Positions 24,781 through 39,787 of a DNA stretch of 64,000 nucleotides are shown here, in pieces (the stretch's first letter is position 1; every line of letters begins with the position of its first letter). This DNA comes from Amoebidium appalachense (lineage: Eukaryota > Protista > Ichthyosporea). A program made the position numbers and the translations under genes. Where the stretch lies: the NCBI GenBank assembly GCA_963693365.1, contig CAVNZM010000016.1:5200543-5264542 (forward strand), written 5' to 3'. The notes beneath the pieces are model-generated. The model was not told where the DNA came from. It was given only the letters and a program-made list of their open reading frames with translations, and made no database searches.

Positions 24781-25464
24781 ATCTAGTGGTAGTTGGGGAA
24801 GGTAGGTACCTAGTTTAGCGAGTGTGATTGCTCATCTTGTGAAATTGACACTAGTCAGCTTAGGGTGGCAAAGGCTTTTGGCGAAGAGAGCGATAAAAGA
24901 TTGAAAATCCGAGTGTGAAAGGGGTGGTGAAGATTGAAGTCCGGGAGTGAAATGGGTGGTGATGTGCGTGACATGTGTGAACTATTGTAGGTGATATGAC
25001 GAGGTGATTGAAGAATGTCGGGTACCATGGTATAGCAGGGACCTTGTTGATACTGGTGATAGGTTGGTATGATTAATTGACGACGTTTACTGATAGAAGT
25101 GTAGATAGTATTAGGACACCAACCTTTGACGCTGTAAATGAATGCATTAAGAGAAAATATGCCAGAGTGGCAGGAAAGCAGTTTCTCAGCCAATTGATGG
25201 AAGGCTCGATTTGACTGAATGCTGAATGCATGTAGATATCAGCAAGGTGGTAGTGCACTCGAGTGAGGGCAGAGTGCAGAGATCATCAACAGTTCTACGA
25301 TGAATCTGTTGTCTAAATAATCAGAGCCCCCCCCCCCCCCCCCCCCCCCCCTTTTCACCTCTGCTGCCGCCTATTTTCCCCTCCAACCCTGCAGCCTCCC
25401 CATTCCACTTTTAAATCCAGTCACATACCAAACCAGGTCAAATTCTGCTGCCTGTGACACCGAG

Positions 25465-25510
<46 letters not shown>

Positions 25511-25821
25511 CAACAAAAAAAAAAAAAAAAAAAAAAAAAATAAAAAAACGTCAACACCCCCGATCTATTACACCTACTCGTATCCACCGTAGCACACACT
25601 CCCCCGACGGTTCCACGCTACTACACTCACCCCCAGGCACTGTCGCGCACGCACATCACTATCACCACCCGATCACCCACCTTAGCAACTGTACATACAA
25701 ATGCACATGCACATATATGCCCTTGCCTATAAGTGCCACGTGTTTTGCGGATTTTATGGCACGACGTTCGACTCTCACAGAACCCCCTCGTTCCAACCCC
25801 TTTGTAGTATTCTCCAAGTCC

Positions 25822-25876
<55 letters not shown>

Positions 25877-26042
25877 AAAAAAAAGAAAGAAAGAAAAAGA
25901 AAAAGAAAAGAAATCGAATCCCCCTCCTCTTCCCCCCAGGGCACTATGAAGTTCTCTTGGAACACATTGGAAAAGCGTTTCCCGTATCCTGCCTCAGCCA
26001 GATCAATCGAAATAGGCCCCGAAGTGATAAATCTTATGTTCT

Positions 26043-26082
<40 letters not shown>

Positions 26083-27119
26083 CCTACCGGAATCGAGTAG
26101 GCTCCCGACTTGTTTTTGCAAAATTCGTTGATCAGAAGTGCTGCATGCATGGAAGTCTCGTTCCCTTGCCCCTCCCCTCGTACCCCCCCCCCTTTTTTGG
26201 GGGGGCAACATGGGACCCCTTGTTTCCCCCCTCCCCCTCCTTCCCCCCACCTCTGGCCCCCTAACACATTCGAGCTCCCTTGAATGCTCGGCTGCTCCTC
26301 GGCTGCCCCCCCCGCCCTCTCATCCCCCTCCCCCATCCTGAACCCCCCCCCCCGTCCCCCCCCCCCCCCGGCCGGCCCCCGCCTCCCTGAGATACCGGAA
26401 TGATATAAACCCCTCCCCCCCCCCCCCCCCCCCCCCCTCCCCCTAAGCGTGCACACCTACACATGTACACGGACGACCAGATCTACACAATCTCCTTCAC
26501 GAATCATGCCAGGTCTACTGGGTTATTAAAGGTGGTTGAATCAGGGTGAGGTACGTTTGCTGTGTGTACCAACAGAGCTTCACATATCATACCGTTACGT
26601 ATAAATGCAGGCAGTGGGCCGGGAACATGCCCCCCCCCCCCCCCTCCCCACACACACACACACAAATACACACGTACACACACACACACACACCGTAAAA
26701 AAAAAAAAAAAAAAAGAAAAGCTATACTATGATCTCCACATAGGAGGCATATAAATGCCATTAAACCAATGCTCCGAACTTAAAGCTGGCGAGATGTTCA
26801 AGTTGTGTTGTACAATGTTGCACTGGCACGTGAGTCTGGGAGTCGCCGCCATGCATGTAACCACTTGTGCCTGTGGCGAACAAAGCAAAACTCCTCTATA
26901 CGGTCTTGGGCGCGTGGGCATAGCCAAAATCCATATCATCGTATGGCGTATGCATGCTTGCGCGCACGCGGACTCACAAGGCAAACACCGTCCGCGGTGC
27001 ACCGTGCACGTGTCTGAATGATGAGCGAATATTGGTATAATTCCAAGGCCAACGATGTGACCAAACACACCTGGTGCCCCGCCGGGGAGATGGGGGGGGG
27101 GGGGGGGAGCATATCAGTG

Positions 27120-27172
<53 letters not shown>

Positions 27173-27319
27173 ATCATGTCTGTGTGAGAATGTAGAAGCG
27201 TCTGCGTGTTCGGGTTTACTGTATGTGTTGTGTGTACATCTCTTCATGTACCGTACCGTTAATTTTTTTTTGGTTTATGTTTCTCTTCAAAGTGGTTACT
27301 TGTTTCTTCCTTTCTCTTC

Positions 27320-27387
<68 letters not shown>

Positions 27388-27811
27388 CGTGTCTGTCACA
27401 AGGTGTGTGTATGCGTGTGTGCCCACGTGTCCTTATCTGTGTGTGTGTGCCTGTCAGTCGGTGTGTGTAAGTGTGTGTGTGTGTGTGTATATATGTATGT
27501 TTGTGTGTGTATGGGATGGGGGTCACGACGGTCGACCTGGTTTTCTGTGTACTGTACATGCAACATGTGATCTTTTCACAGCCGTCAGGCATGGCGATTG
27601 ACAAATACAACTAATGAGGTGCGCAGCAGCATACACAAGCACAAACGTTCACGTGTTCATCTTGTGCTTAAGTACTCGGAACAACTTGCACATGTATTGC
27701 AAAGGCTTGCACCAAGAAGCTTCACTTCAAAGTGCAAAATCTCGTGCCATGTAATGGGACAAAGGTGGTGGTGGTGGCGGCGGCTGCGTGGTTTGTGTGT
27801 GTGTGTGTGTG

Positions 27812-27845
<34 letters not shown>

Positions 27846-27967
27846 GGGGGGAAAGGGGGGGGGGGGGGGGGGGGGATATAAAAGATGTCCAGTAGGTTGA
27901 CTATTTTTTAGTTATTATTATTTTTTTCTTTAAAAAAAAAAAAAAAAAAAAGATTTTTTATGACCAT

Positions 27968-28074
27968 TTATGGGTCAGGGTCAAAGAAGTCGATATGAGA
28001 CCCGGAGGCGAACTTGTCTGCCTGGAACAATCTGACAAGTTTCGCAGCTGACACCCTAGGGTCTACCAGGGTTC

Positions 28075-28163
<89 letters not shown>

Positions 28164-28655
28164 GCGTGTGTGCGTGTTCGTGGGCATGTGTGTGCAAGTC
28201 AGGATCAGCGTGCATGCATCATGTCAATGTCTTGAATAAGGATAGTGAAGTTTGTTCAACTGTGAGCCACTCAAACCGCATGCCATGAGCACACAACAGC
28301 TTTGAATAGACATGGTACTAATAAACACCCAACTAGAGGCTTGTGATCCTGCCACACGTGAATGATACAGAGGTTGTGTATTTGTGTTGTCGTTTCAACG
28401 GTGTTCTACGCCGCATTCGCTTTTTTTCACCGTTTTCAATCCCCCCAGCCCCCCCCTCCCTCCTCCCCACCTCCCCCCCCACACACAAACACGTGCTCAT
28501 GTGCACTATATGCATCACCGTTAATTGTGCAAGCAACGGCCATGTGAGCATAGGCATGTGTGACATAGTTTGAGGGCCCCTATAAGAACAGCGGAGTCAG
28601 ATGGAAAGATACTGCGTTTCCCACCGAGGTGGGAAGATGTGTGTGGTGTGTGTAT

Positions 28656-28690
<35 letters not shown>

Positions 28691-28826
28691 TATGTGTTTA
28701 TGTCTGTGTGTGTGTGTGTGTGTGCGTGTGTGTGCAGGTACACAGAGATAGCGAGAGCATGTGTGTGTGTGTGCGCATGCGTGTGCACGCGTGTCCCCAC
28801 ACTCGTGTGTGGTTGTGGGGGAGAAA

Positions 28827-28864
<38 letters not shown>

Positions 28865-29361
28865 ATGTTGCAGTAAGTGATTGAAAAAAGCACATTATAC
28901 AGACATTCTTTGGAGCTTGAGATTGTGATAACAGGACAGCAAATAAGAAAGATCACGAAGGAGAGAAAGGGAAGCCAGGGATATACCTTTAAATGCCTGT
29001 CGGCAAATTCTTCTCTCAGTTCTGTGCTACCGTACTGCTCCCGGCAGACCTGCGAAGCACCACGATCCACATCGTCAACAATTTTTGAGTTATTAAGTTA
29101 TTTTTTCTTTTTCTATCGTATAAAAGGTGATGCATATGATGCATGGGAGCAGGTGATTGGTGCGAATATCCAACTGTATGTGTATCTGCATTGTTTGTGT
29201 GTGGCGTGTAGGTGGGTGCACGTGTGTGCGGCGCTATGTGTGTGTGCAGGTGGGTCTTTGTGCGATAAAAGACACTTGTCAGGAAATAAACGAGTTGTGG
29301 GAAGCATTGTGTGTGTGTGTGTGTGTGCGGGTGAGCAAATGAGTGTGAGTGTGAGTGAGTG

Positions 29362-29428
<67 letters not shown>

Positions 29429-29537
29429 GGAGAGAGAGAGAGAGAGAGAGAGAGCGGGGCAGGGAGAGGGTGGGGATATAGAGAGCGAGCGAGAGAGAGA
29501 GAGTGTGTGTGTGTGCTTGTGTTAAGGCCAGGAAGAT

Positions 29538-29579
<42 letters not shown>

Positions 29580-29924
29580 TGGATAATACGATGAGAAAAG
29601 GAATTCAAAGTAGAACACTGCTTAGGTTACAAAAAAGGAGTAAGCTCAGTTGGAGAAACTGCGTACATACAAAACAAAAACAGAACAGAACCGACCGTCA
29701 TCTCAAGGCGGTTTTTCCACAACAAGGAGGGGACGGGGGACGGGCGGGCGGGGGGAGGAGGGGGAGGGGAGGGGGAGGGGGGAGGGGGTAAATGGTCAAT
29801 AGTGGTGGTAGTGTTTCTGTAGGGGGGCAGGGACGGGAAGGGAGGGAGAGAGGGATGGAGGGAAGGAGGGAGGGCGAGAAAGAGAGAGAGAGAAAAGAGA
29901 GAGGGGAGGGCGGGGGGGAGGGGA

Positions 29925-29987
<63 letters not shown>

Positions 29988-30013
29988 AGAAAAGGGACGA
30001 GAAAGACCGAGAA

Positions 30014-30050
<37 letters not shown>

Positions 30051-30147
30051 GGGGGAGTAACCTGCATCATATCTGTGTCCAGGGGGCCTGGGGCATAGTT
30101 GATGAGCTTATAGCTATTGCCCACCTGTTCAAAGGCAAGATATAGGG

Positions 30148-30220
<73 letters not shown>

Positions 30221-30286
30221 CAAGGGGAAGGGGGGGGGAGGGGGGGGAGATGTTTTGATGAGGGACCAAACCATAACCAACACAGC

Positions 30287-30320
<34 letters not shown>

Positions 30321-30385
30321 CCAACGGGGAAAAAAAAATAATAACCCGAAATTCCCCCCAACAGCAACAAAAAAAAAGGAATTTG

Positions 30386-30438
<53 letters not shown>

Positions 30439-31067
30439 GTCACCTGCCACTTGTACCCGATATCTCGCATGACACAACTCTCGACACAACTGCCACCCAA
30501 CCCAGCAGACGTATTGCAACACTATCACCCCTTCTGCCCATGATCGTACACCCCCTCCCCCACACCGTCCACCACCCGACGCAACCCCCCCCCCCCCCCC
30601 CCTCCCCCCTTCCCTCCCCCCTTCCCCCCTGCCCCCCCCCCCCCACACACACACACGCTTCCCCCTTTTTCGTCACGAGAGTTCTCCAACCTGAGCCAAA
30701 CAGCACACATGTTTCAACGTCACTGCCAACGGTGTAATGGGTACCGATAAAGCCCCCCCCCCCCCCCCCCCCCCCCCCCTCCCCCCCTCCCCCCCCTTCC
30801 CCCCCACACACACACACACACCTGCCTCCCCCCTCTCCTCCCCTGTGGTTACACAATGTTCTAGCCATTCAGCGCATGTCACACGTCCCCCTCCCCCTCC
30901 CCCCACCCTCCCACCCACCCCCCCCCCCCCCCCCCCCCCTCCCCCTCCTCACTCCCTGCCATCGGCCCAACAGTTTTGGTGCACATGGTGGGTCACAGTT
31001 TCAACCACATCCCCTTGCTCTCGAACCACACCCCGGCCTAGCTCGTTCAACCCCCATCGTTCAACCC

Positions 31068-31098
<31 letters not shown>

Positions 31099-31734
31099 TT
31101 CTTCCCCCTCCCCCCCAGCAGATCCGACCTCCCCCCTCCTCCCCCCCCCCAACCCCCTCCCCCAACCCCACCTCCCCCCTACAAAAAAAAAAAAAAAAAA
31201 ACCCCTAGGACATTCTATCACACACCTCCTCAGTCCATTCACCCCCTGCCCCCCTCCCCCCAGCCCATTCAACCACACTCCCCTGTAGTCCATTTAAACA
31301 CCCCCCCCCCCCCCCCCCCCCTTCCCCTCCTCCCCCCCCACCTTCCACTTGACCATACCCTCCCTTAGGCCACCTGAACCCGTCCCCCTCCCCCGGCAAT
31401 GTGATCACACACCCCTCTACTCACTATTCAAACACCCCCCCCCCCCCCCCCCCCCCCCCCCCACTCCACCGCCTTGATCACAAACCTCTTTAGCCACGAC
31501 AGCATGCAGCATGTCCCTAGCCGACTTTGCCATACAATAGAGCCCCGTGTAGCCATGGGCCTGCACGGCCATAATAGACGATACGTTGACAATCCAGCCC
31601 TGGGGGGGAAGGGGGCGGGGGGGGGGGGGGGGGGGGGGGGAAGGCACAAGAGCACAAAAACAGGTAAATAGCGGCAAGCACACATACAAATGCGTGCACA
31701 CACGACGCACACACACCGTGGCACACACACCGTG

Positions 31735-31773
<39 letters not shown>

Positions 31774-31883
31774 GCACACATGCTTGCTCACAGAGACCAT
31801 GCACACGCGCACACAGACAGACGAAAACAGACACCAAAAAGCACACGCACACACACACACGCGCGCCTCAAACAAGCAGCTAC

Positions 31884-31924
<41 letters not shown>

Positions 31925-33682
31925 CTGCCTGCCCCCTTCGCCCAAGCTCCCTCTTCCGCCAACTCAACCACTCATCCCATCCCCTTGCCATCACTACCAC
32001 CATCATTTACACCATCTGTCCATTATATCTACACACACATATCTCCACGCCCACCTATATCCTCTTTACCTCCCCTACAAAACCCTTTTCGGACCATTTT
32101 ATAAAACTATGAAAGGCACCAAAGATAACCTGCATGTGCACACACACACACCATTATACAAAACCACACGACACACATATTTGCTGATAAACACACACAT
32201 ACAGACACACAAAGGCAATCCCAAGCAAAAATCACTCCTTGATAAACACACAAGCACATACGAACGGCCTGGTCTAGGAATAAACGAAACCAGGACACAC
32301 ACCATCGAACACAGACGTCCATGTTACCCCCCCCCCCCCCCCCCTCCTCCCCCCTCCCCCCCCCCTCCCCCCCTGCCCCCCCCCCGTCCCATCCCATCCC
32401 CACCACCACAAACACCCACGCACAACACACACACGTGTTTGCTCAAAACACCCACACGCAACACACACACGTGTTTGCTCAAAACACCTACGTGTCCTTT
32501 TGTGCATACTTACGCAGTGTCCAAGATGTCTCACAACTTGTGAAAACAAAACACACATATCATTTATCACAGAGAGGTTCTCACAAAATCTACCCCCCCC
32601 CCCCCCCCCCCCCCCCCTCTCGCCGCCCTCCCGTAAACCAACCACCGCCTCTGCCAATTTAGCCGACTGGGCGACGAGCCACAATGGTGACGTCATTCAT
32701 TAACAATTGTCACGATGCCATTTTGGCGCTTAGCTTGAAAAAGGCACTAAAATGTATGTCGACATTGGCAATGTGACATGACATTATATCGTCTTTTGAT
32801 TGGTGCTAGACATCTTAGAAGTGTGGATCTCGGCTGCTCACCGCCCCAAACGCCAAAATGAGAGAAGCGGTGGTTGGTTTAAGAAATATAGAAGAAGATG
32901 CAAGCAATTTCCTGTGAGTGCACACGTACCCTCGGTGCGGTAGGAGCAACATCCTTAAGAAATCGGGATCTGCAATCAGAAAGTTAGCACCCATACATCT
33001 GCACATATTCACCAAAACCTTGCAACAGGTAACAATATAGCTTACTATTAGCCTATAGTATCTGAATAAACAAGTAGATGTGAAGATATCGGATTCCTAC
33101 CTATTGAATGCGCACCACAATTGCCGTATGCTAGGCAGTGGCCCAAAACGATCCACTCGACAGTTCATTCAAGATTTCTATGGGTGTTAAGAGACATCTC
33201 TGTGTTTGACGACATGGGAACGACGAAATCGATTTGAAGTTTGATTAATTGACATGGAAAATCTCTAGACACAATTTTTTATATCTAAAAAAAAAATCGA
33301 ATTATAAATGTTATTCGTGTTCAATACATGCAAAGACTGAAAATGGTGCCGGACACAATGGTGTCAACCATTCAGCAAGACCGATGTTTTGTCGGTTCCC
33401 AGATCTTCCGATGTCGTCAATAACAGATATGTTTTTTTCAATACCCCATAGTAACTTTAACCGAGCCCCAAGAATTTACGCATGTGAGAAGAGAGGCCCA
33501 GTTCCCAGCATGTCACCTAAACATCAACCCGCCCATGCCACCAACATGGAAATTCTTGACTCTTGAATTTTTCGCCCGAGCAATTAAGTTTGCGGTGAGA
33601 TGTGGTGAAGAAGATGTAATACAGGATCGAGAGACAACCGGGGAAGGTGTGTGTGAGTGTGTGCGTACGTGTGTGTGTGCGT

Positions 33683-33734
<52 letters not shown>

Positions 33735-33890
33735 TGGTGGTGGTGGTGGTGGGAGGGGGGGGGAGGCAGGGGGAGGGGGGGAGGGGGGAGGGGGGGGGGA
33801 GTGGGACCTTTGACCCCGATATGATACAAGAAATGCGGATAATCCAAAGAACAGGTGCGGAATTCCGGGAGAGGTTGGTTTAGAGAAACC

Positions 33891-33937
<47 letters not shown>

Positions 33938-33956
33938 GCTGTTTTTTTTTGGTTTT

Positions 33957-34004
<48 letters not shown>

Positions 34005-34187
34005 GGGGGGGGGGGGGGGGGATTGTCAAACTGTAAACAGTAAGAACAATTCACAGCTTGTAAGGTAATGTGGACATGAAATAAAAGGACACACAAAAAA
34101 TATGCAAAAAAATAAATAAATAACAGCGCTCATTTTCTCGCCGGCAGCAGCGGCGGCGGCGGGGGATGGGGTGGGGTGGGGTGGGGT

Positions 34188-34222
<35 letters not shown>

Positions 34223-34331
34223 CATCAAAATACCCATATCCTGCCCCTGAAACCAAATCCAGAAACCACAACTCATTTTTATTACTATTTATGGGGTGTG
34301 AGTGTGGGGTGTGTAGTTTGTGTGTGTGTGT

Positions 34332-34395
<64 letters not shown>

Positions 34396-34614
34396 AGGGG
34401 GGGGGGGGGGGGGGGGGGGGAAGGGGGGGGGGGGGGGGGAGGGGGGGAGTGATACGTGAGAACCACAGTAGATGTGATATTAAGGTCGACGAACGGCTGC
34501 ACCTCGTGCAACGTGTAGTCTCGTACGAGCTTGGACACATCCCCAAGGGTGGCTGCATTGTTCACGAGCATCGACCAGTCCCATGTGCCTGTGCACTGTG
34601 TGTGTGTGGGGCGG

Positions 34615-34649
<35 letters not shown>

Positions 34650-34677
34650 GGAGGAGGAGGGGATTGTGAGTGGTTTT

Positions 34678-34750
<73 letters not shown>

Positions 34751-35382
34751 CCTAGGAGAGAGAGAGAATGTGTGTGTGTGTGGGTCTAGGTGTATGGCGT
34801 GAGCCTAGCTGTGTTTCCTTAAGGGAGGAGAAAACATAGGGAGGCAGTATGTGACTGTGTGTGCACCAGTTTCAGTGTATCAACGATCACCACCACGAGA
34901 AGGGCCAAATTACAACACTTAACCTAACACAGACACCTTCACACATACCTCCCTGCGCACCACCAACGACACCTAGACGAGGGCAGGCAAACCGTGCCTA
35001 TCCCCTCCAGCCCCCAGGCCTCCCCCCTCCCCAACCCCCCCCCCCCCCCTCCTCCCCCCCCCCACACACACAAACACAACAACAAAAAAAAAAAAAGGAA
35101 ACACATCACCAACACATATACGAGCACAGACCCACCTATTGCACATGCACACGTGACCCACCTTTCCAAACACATTGTTGAGCAGTGAATCAAGGCTGCC
35201 CAGGTTGCCAAGATCACCCGGCACAGTGTCCACTGTGGGGTGTGCGTGTGTGTGTGTGTGTGTGCGTGTGTGTGTGCGTGCACGTGTGTGTTTGCGCGTC
35301 CGCGAATGTGTGTGTATGGGTGGGGGTGGGTGGGTGACGGTGCGGGTGTTTTTTTGCTGGCATGATTGAGCGCACGCACACG

Positions 35383-35422
<40 letters not shown>

Positions 35423-35628
35423 GGGTGCACGCCCTTATATATGGATATGTTACGGCGGTGGTGGACGATGATGGTGGCAGTGTGTGCAGGTATGTGGGCC
35501 GTCGTGCGTCCGTGTGTGTCTGTGTGTGTGTTTGGGGGGGGAGGGGGGGGGGGGGGGGGGGAGGAGGAGGGGGAGGGGACGGGGGAAGGCGGAGCAGGGG
35601 AAGGATGGTGGTGATGGTGGTTTTTTTC

Positions 35629-35699
<71 letters not shown>

Positions 35700-36087
35700 G
35701 TGATTGCCATTCTGCTTCCCACGTAGACAACGGCCGTATGTGTGTGTGCTGTACTCAAACGTGTAAGGGTGCTTGTGAAACACTTGGCGCTGACAGCTGA
35801 TGCAGCGAAATAATGAAGTGTGAGAAACAAAGGGTGAGAATGACGGCAGTGGTAGAAAGAGTGAGAGTTAAATTGGGGAGGTGGGAAACAGAGGGGAGGG
35901 ACACAGGAGGGAGGGAGGAGGGGGGGGGGGGAGGGGGGAAGGGGCGAGGGAGAAAAGAGAGATGGGGGAGGGGGGGGAGGGGACAGGGAGAGGGAGAGAT
36001 AGAGGAAGGGTGGAGGGAGGGGGAGAGAGTGAGGAGAGCATTAGAGAGCCAAAGGAGAGAAACTGTGCCTTGGTGTGTGTTTTTGAC

Positions 36088-36133
<46 letters not shown>

Positions 36134-36135
36134 AC

Positions 36136-36175
<40 letters not shown>

Positions 36176-36209
36176 TTTCGAATGACAGTGGACGTTTTTT
36201 TTTTTTTTT

Positions 36210-36240
<31 letters not shown>

Positions 36241-37577
36241 GGGGGGATGTCACTAACCGGAGCATGCCGCAGACTCAGCCATTATCAACCCAGCCGTTTC
36301 TTGCAACCCCGCTGCATCCTGTGTGCGTAACAAGGAAACATTAATCTCATAGCATTATAAGGAGATAATATCAGTGGTTGCCAAGGAAATCTTAATCTCA
36401 ATAGCATTATAAGGGAATAATATCAGTGGATGCCATACGGAAATATCAATCTCAATAGCATTATAAGAACTTAATAAATTTTGGCAGTGGATGTGATGTA
36501 CAAGGAAACATTTTTCTTATAGTTTTATAAGGGAATAATGGCAGTAGATGTGCAAGGGAATATTTATCTCATCCTAGTAGCATTATAAGGGAATAATATC
36601 AGTGGATGTACAAGGGAATATTTATCTCATAGCATTATAAGGGAATAAAATCAGTGGATGTGTAACTTGAATCATTTATCTAATAGCATTATAAGGGAAT
36701 AATAATCAGTCACTGTGGATGTGCAAGGAAACACAATGATTAACCCCATGATCATTAAATAATCATTCGGAGGCAGTGGATGTACAAGGCCCTCGGATAT
36801 TAATATCATAGCAATGTAAGGGAATAGTAATCTCAGTCACGGTGGATATACAAGGAAATGATCTCAGTGGCGCATAAGGAAATAGAGTCTCAGTGAATAT
36901 ACAATGAAAATTTAATAATATCAGCGGAGCATTACCACATCAACGCTTTGCCCGTTTACGAATTTGATAGCACTTTCAAACTCCTAATATGGCATTGTAT
37001 TGACTAACAGCATATACGGTCATGCATGGTTGCACATACCCCCATTTTGCGCAAATGCCCGTCAACAATAGTGGTCCCGGAGATGTCTAACCGAAAAAGT
37101 CCCTGATTGAAAGAACAACGAGACTTGATAATTTTAATGTATTCCTTTGGCTATAAAATAATATCCTTGGGAACGCAAAGCATCTCTCTGGATGCATGTC
37201 GCCACATAGGCCACTATCAAAGTTGAAGATGTCGATTTCACACCGACCATGAAAATGTGTGTGTCACGGGCTCCGGTGTGTGCGCGCGCGTGCGTGTGTG
37301 TGTGTGTGTGCGCGTGTGCGTGCGTATGTGTGGTTGTATGCTTGTGTTCGCCTGCATGTATAGATCTGTGCGCATCATTCTGTTCAAGTCACATGATCTG
37401 TGTACAAGAGCATCATGACTGACCAGAAAAGGGAAGTCACTGAGGGGTAATGGATGGACTATTCACCCTTGCAACGAGGACAAAGTGCACATTTCCAAAA
37501 GCGCGTGCCACCGTCACAGCCATATGACGGCCAAACCCCTTACTGGCGCCGGTGAGAACACAAAGTCCACGCTCCAT
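27968..37577 (-). CDS. SPR: Sepiapterin reductase (SDR family), 256 aa, 9 exons: 37577-37467, 36318-36258, 35232-35162, 34595-34456, 32969-32930, 31599-31486, 30124-30062, 29049-28987, 28075-27968
   Basis: All junctions are GT-AG and phase-consistent (771 nt). Motifs: GLCVLTGASKGFGR, LVNNAATLGDVSK, IVNVSS, catalytic LYCMAKSARDM, NYAPGPLDTDM, and C-terminal LVDPRVSAAKL...FASGSHIDFFD, closely matching animal SPR (LVDCKVSAQKL...FKSGAHVDFYD). Confidence 0.93.
32634..32881. mobile_element. MITE-like element with imperfect terminal inverted repeats, in an SPR intron
   Basis: taaaccaaccaccgcctct at the left end and agaagcggtggttggttta at the right end. Weaker complementarity extends about 45 bp. 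TA at both ends. Confidence 0.55.
36331..36905. repeat. Degenerate minisatellite, unit of about 50 bp (caaggaaatatttatctcatagcattataagggaataatatcagtggatgta), in SPR intron 1
   Basis: About ten recurrences of tagcattataagggaataa and cagtggatgt. Confidence 0.8.
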
Positions 37578-37627
37578 CGTGACTTTAACCTGTGGTTGTG
37601 TGAGTGTGATTATGAGCGCGCACGCGC

Positions 37628-38060
<433 letters not shown>

Positions 38061-38898
38061 TGTGTGTTTGTACTGTTGGGGGATGTGTACGGAGGGAGAA
38101 AGTGGAGTCGGTAGGTTGCTCCCCTTCCCTTTTTTCACCTTGTTCACTTGGTTCCTTTTTACAGCACCCCCTTTTTCTTGTGTTTACCTCAGGGCCCCAT
38201 AACCTTGACGGTCGTCACTCTTACTTAATTAGAAAGAAATTTTTCGTTTTAAAATTTTGCTCGACTCGGACAACTTGACCAAAAAGGTAATGGCGGGAAG
38301 AGGTTAATTCAGTGGTAAGCGTATAAAAAGTCCTGAGGGAAAATGGAGATTGCACTATGTACCTATCATCTGTATGATGATCACGGCCCTCGAGAGCTCG
38401 GGCGAGCTCACGCGCATACACGCGTGTTCAGAGGGCCGCGGATCGTCATCGATATCGGATGCGGCAACAGCTAGCGCTGTCAGTATGGCATGATATTTAG
38501 GCAGCGCTACTTTTACGCACAATATAATGCTAACGGACATCGTCTGGGGCCCAGCCTCACTTGACGGCCTATGTGCTGCGTTTTCCAGCGCAGCCAATCA
38601 AATGCAGCTAGTGACATATGTACATGTTACGCAATATTACGACCCTAGCATAGATTAAGGATACGCAGAGGCTAGCGTTGGTAGCTCTGAGAGAAAGGCA
38701 AGACACCGTATCACAATATCATACTGTGCAGCATTAATAAGGTCATCTAGGTCGGTCATTTTATAACGGATATACTGAGGAAGAGAGACAGAAAAGAGAA
38801 TGAAGCCGCCCATAACCTCCGGTTCTACGATGTTATCTAGCAGGTTACACTTATTGATAGATATGCATCCGCGAGTAAACCGCCCCCCACACATATTA

Positions 38899-39787
38899 GG
38901 GCGTGTTTGGCAGCCGAAATAATCGTATTCGTATTATTGTGCGAAAAGACGATTAATCGTATTCATAAAATTATTTTGAGGTATGCATATTTAGGGGCAA
39001 TTATACGATTATGGCGCGCCAAACACGCCCGTAGTGACCACTGACGCAAGATATGCTCGCTCGATCGTATTTAAGTTTCATTGATGGAATGCTAAAAGTG
39101 CTTTGTTCAGATGTTTGATTGGGCGGATGGATGTAAACCGATAATTATACATTTGGCAATTCGAAGTCGAGTTAAAAGCCATATTTTGAGCGTAGTTTGC
39201 AACCTTTTATATCTATTTTATTTATAAACGTACTTTGTTATACCTCCTATTGTTTTTAATTTATTTCTATCTTAAAAAGAGGCTTTTTGGGGGGAAAGAA
39301 CAGGCACTGATCCGGTTTCTACCAACTCAAAGCCAAAATAACTATAAATGGACATTCGCGGCGGTTCCAAAACTGGATTGGATCAAATCGATCCAATAGA
39401 AGTTTATTTCGCTTGTGATTGGCTAAAAGTTATATCGTCTTTTCGAAAATCACCTCAGGAGGTGATTTTCAAAAGCAGGGTTTGCGTTACGAATCGAAAA
39501 TACGGTTTAGAATACCCTGCAATACGATTAAAAGGGGGCATGCATCCATTTAGTAAATGCGTCCCTGAGAGGTGTCCAAATGCTCGGAATTTGACTAAAT
39601 ACGATTAAGAGCGCCAAACCCAGGCAACCCCTGTCAAAAAGACTACATAAAAGCGATCCCATCACGCGTCTTTTCGCGAGATATAATTCTGCGGCGTGTT
39701 TGGCATGACACAAATTCGTATTCGTGGTATTGCGCGAAAATACGAATACGATGAAAAGACGATATAACGGCGCTGCCAAACACGCCC
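38899..39787. mobile_element. Tourist-like (PIF/Harbinger) MITE, composite, with TTA target-site duplication
   Basis: tta|gggcgtgtttggcagc ... gctgccaaacacgccc|tta: a 16-bp perfect TIR flanked by TTA. Additional internal TIR copies at about 39018-39030 and 39693-39705. Confidence 0.85.

Noticed and set aside
25600-27800. Possible extra gene such as PTPS between the ATP-grasp gene and SPR
   Set aside because: Some exon-like segments exist (e.g. about 26978-27070 on -), but no PTPS motif or coherent spliced ORF could be built.
32490-32545. Alternative SPR exon (SQVVRHLGHC, with a gtaagt donor)
   Set aside because: No in-phase acceptor; exon 32969-32930 fits both the phase and the homology.
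34332-34447. Very long poly-G/poly-C tracts as functional G-quadruplex elements
   Set aside because: Ubiquitous in the window, and homopolymer lengths are unreliable in assemblies; no specific function is supportable.
36331-36905. CRISPR-like repeat array
   Set aside because: Degenerate contiguous minisatellite without unique spacers, inside a eukaryotic intron.
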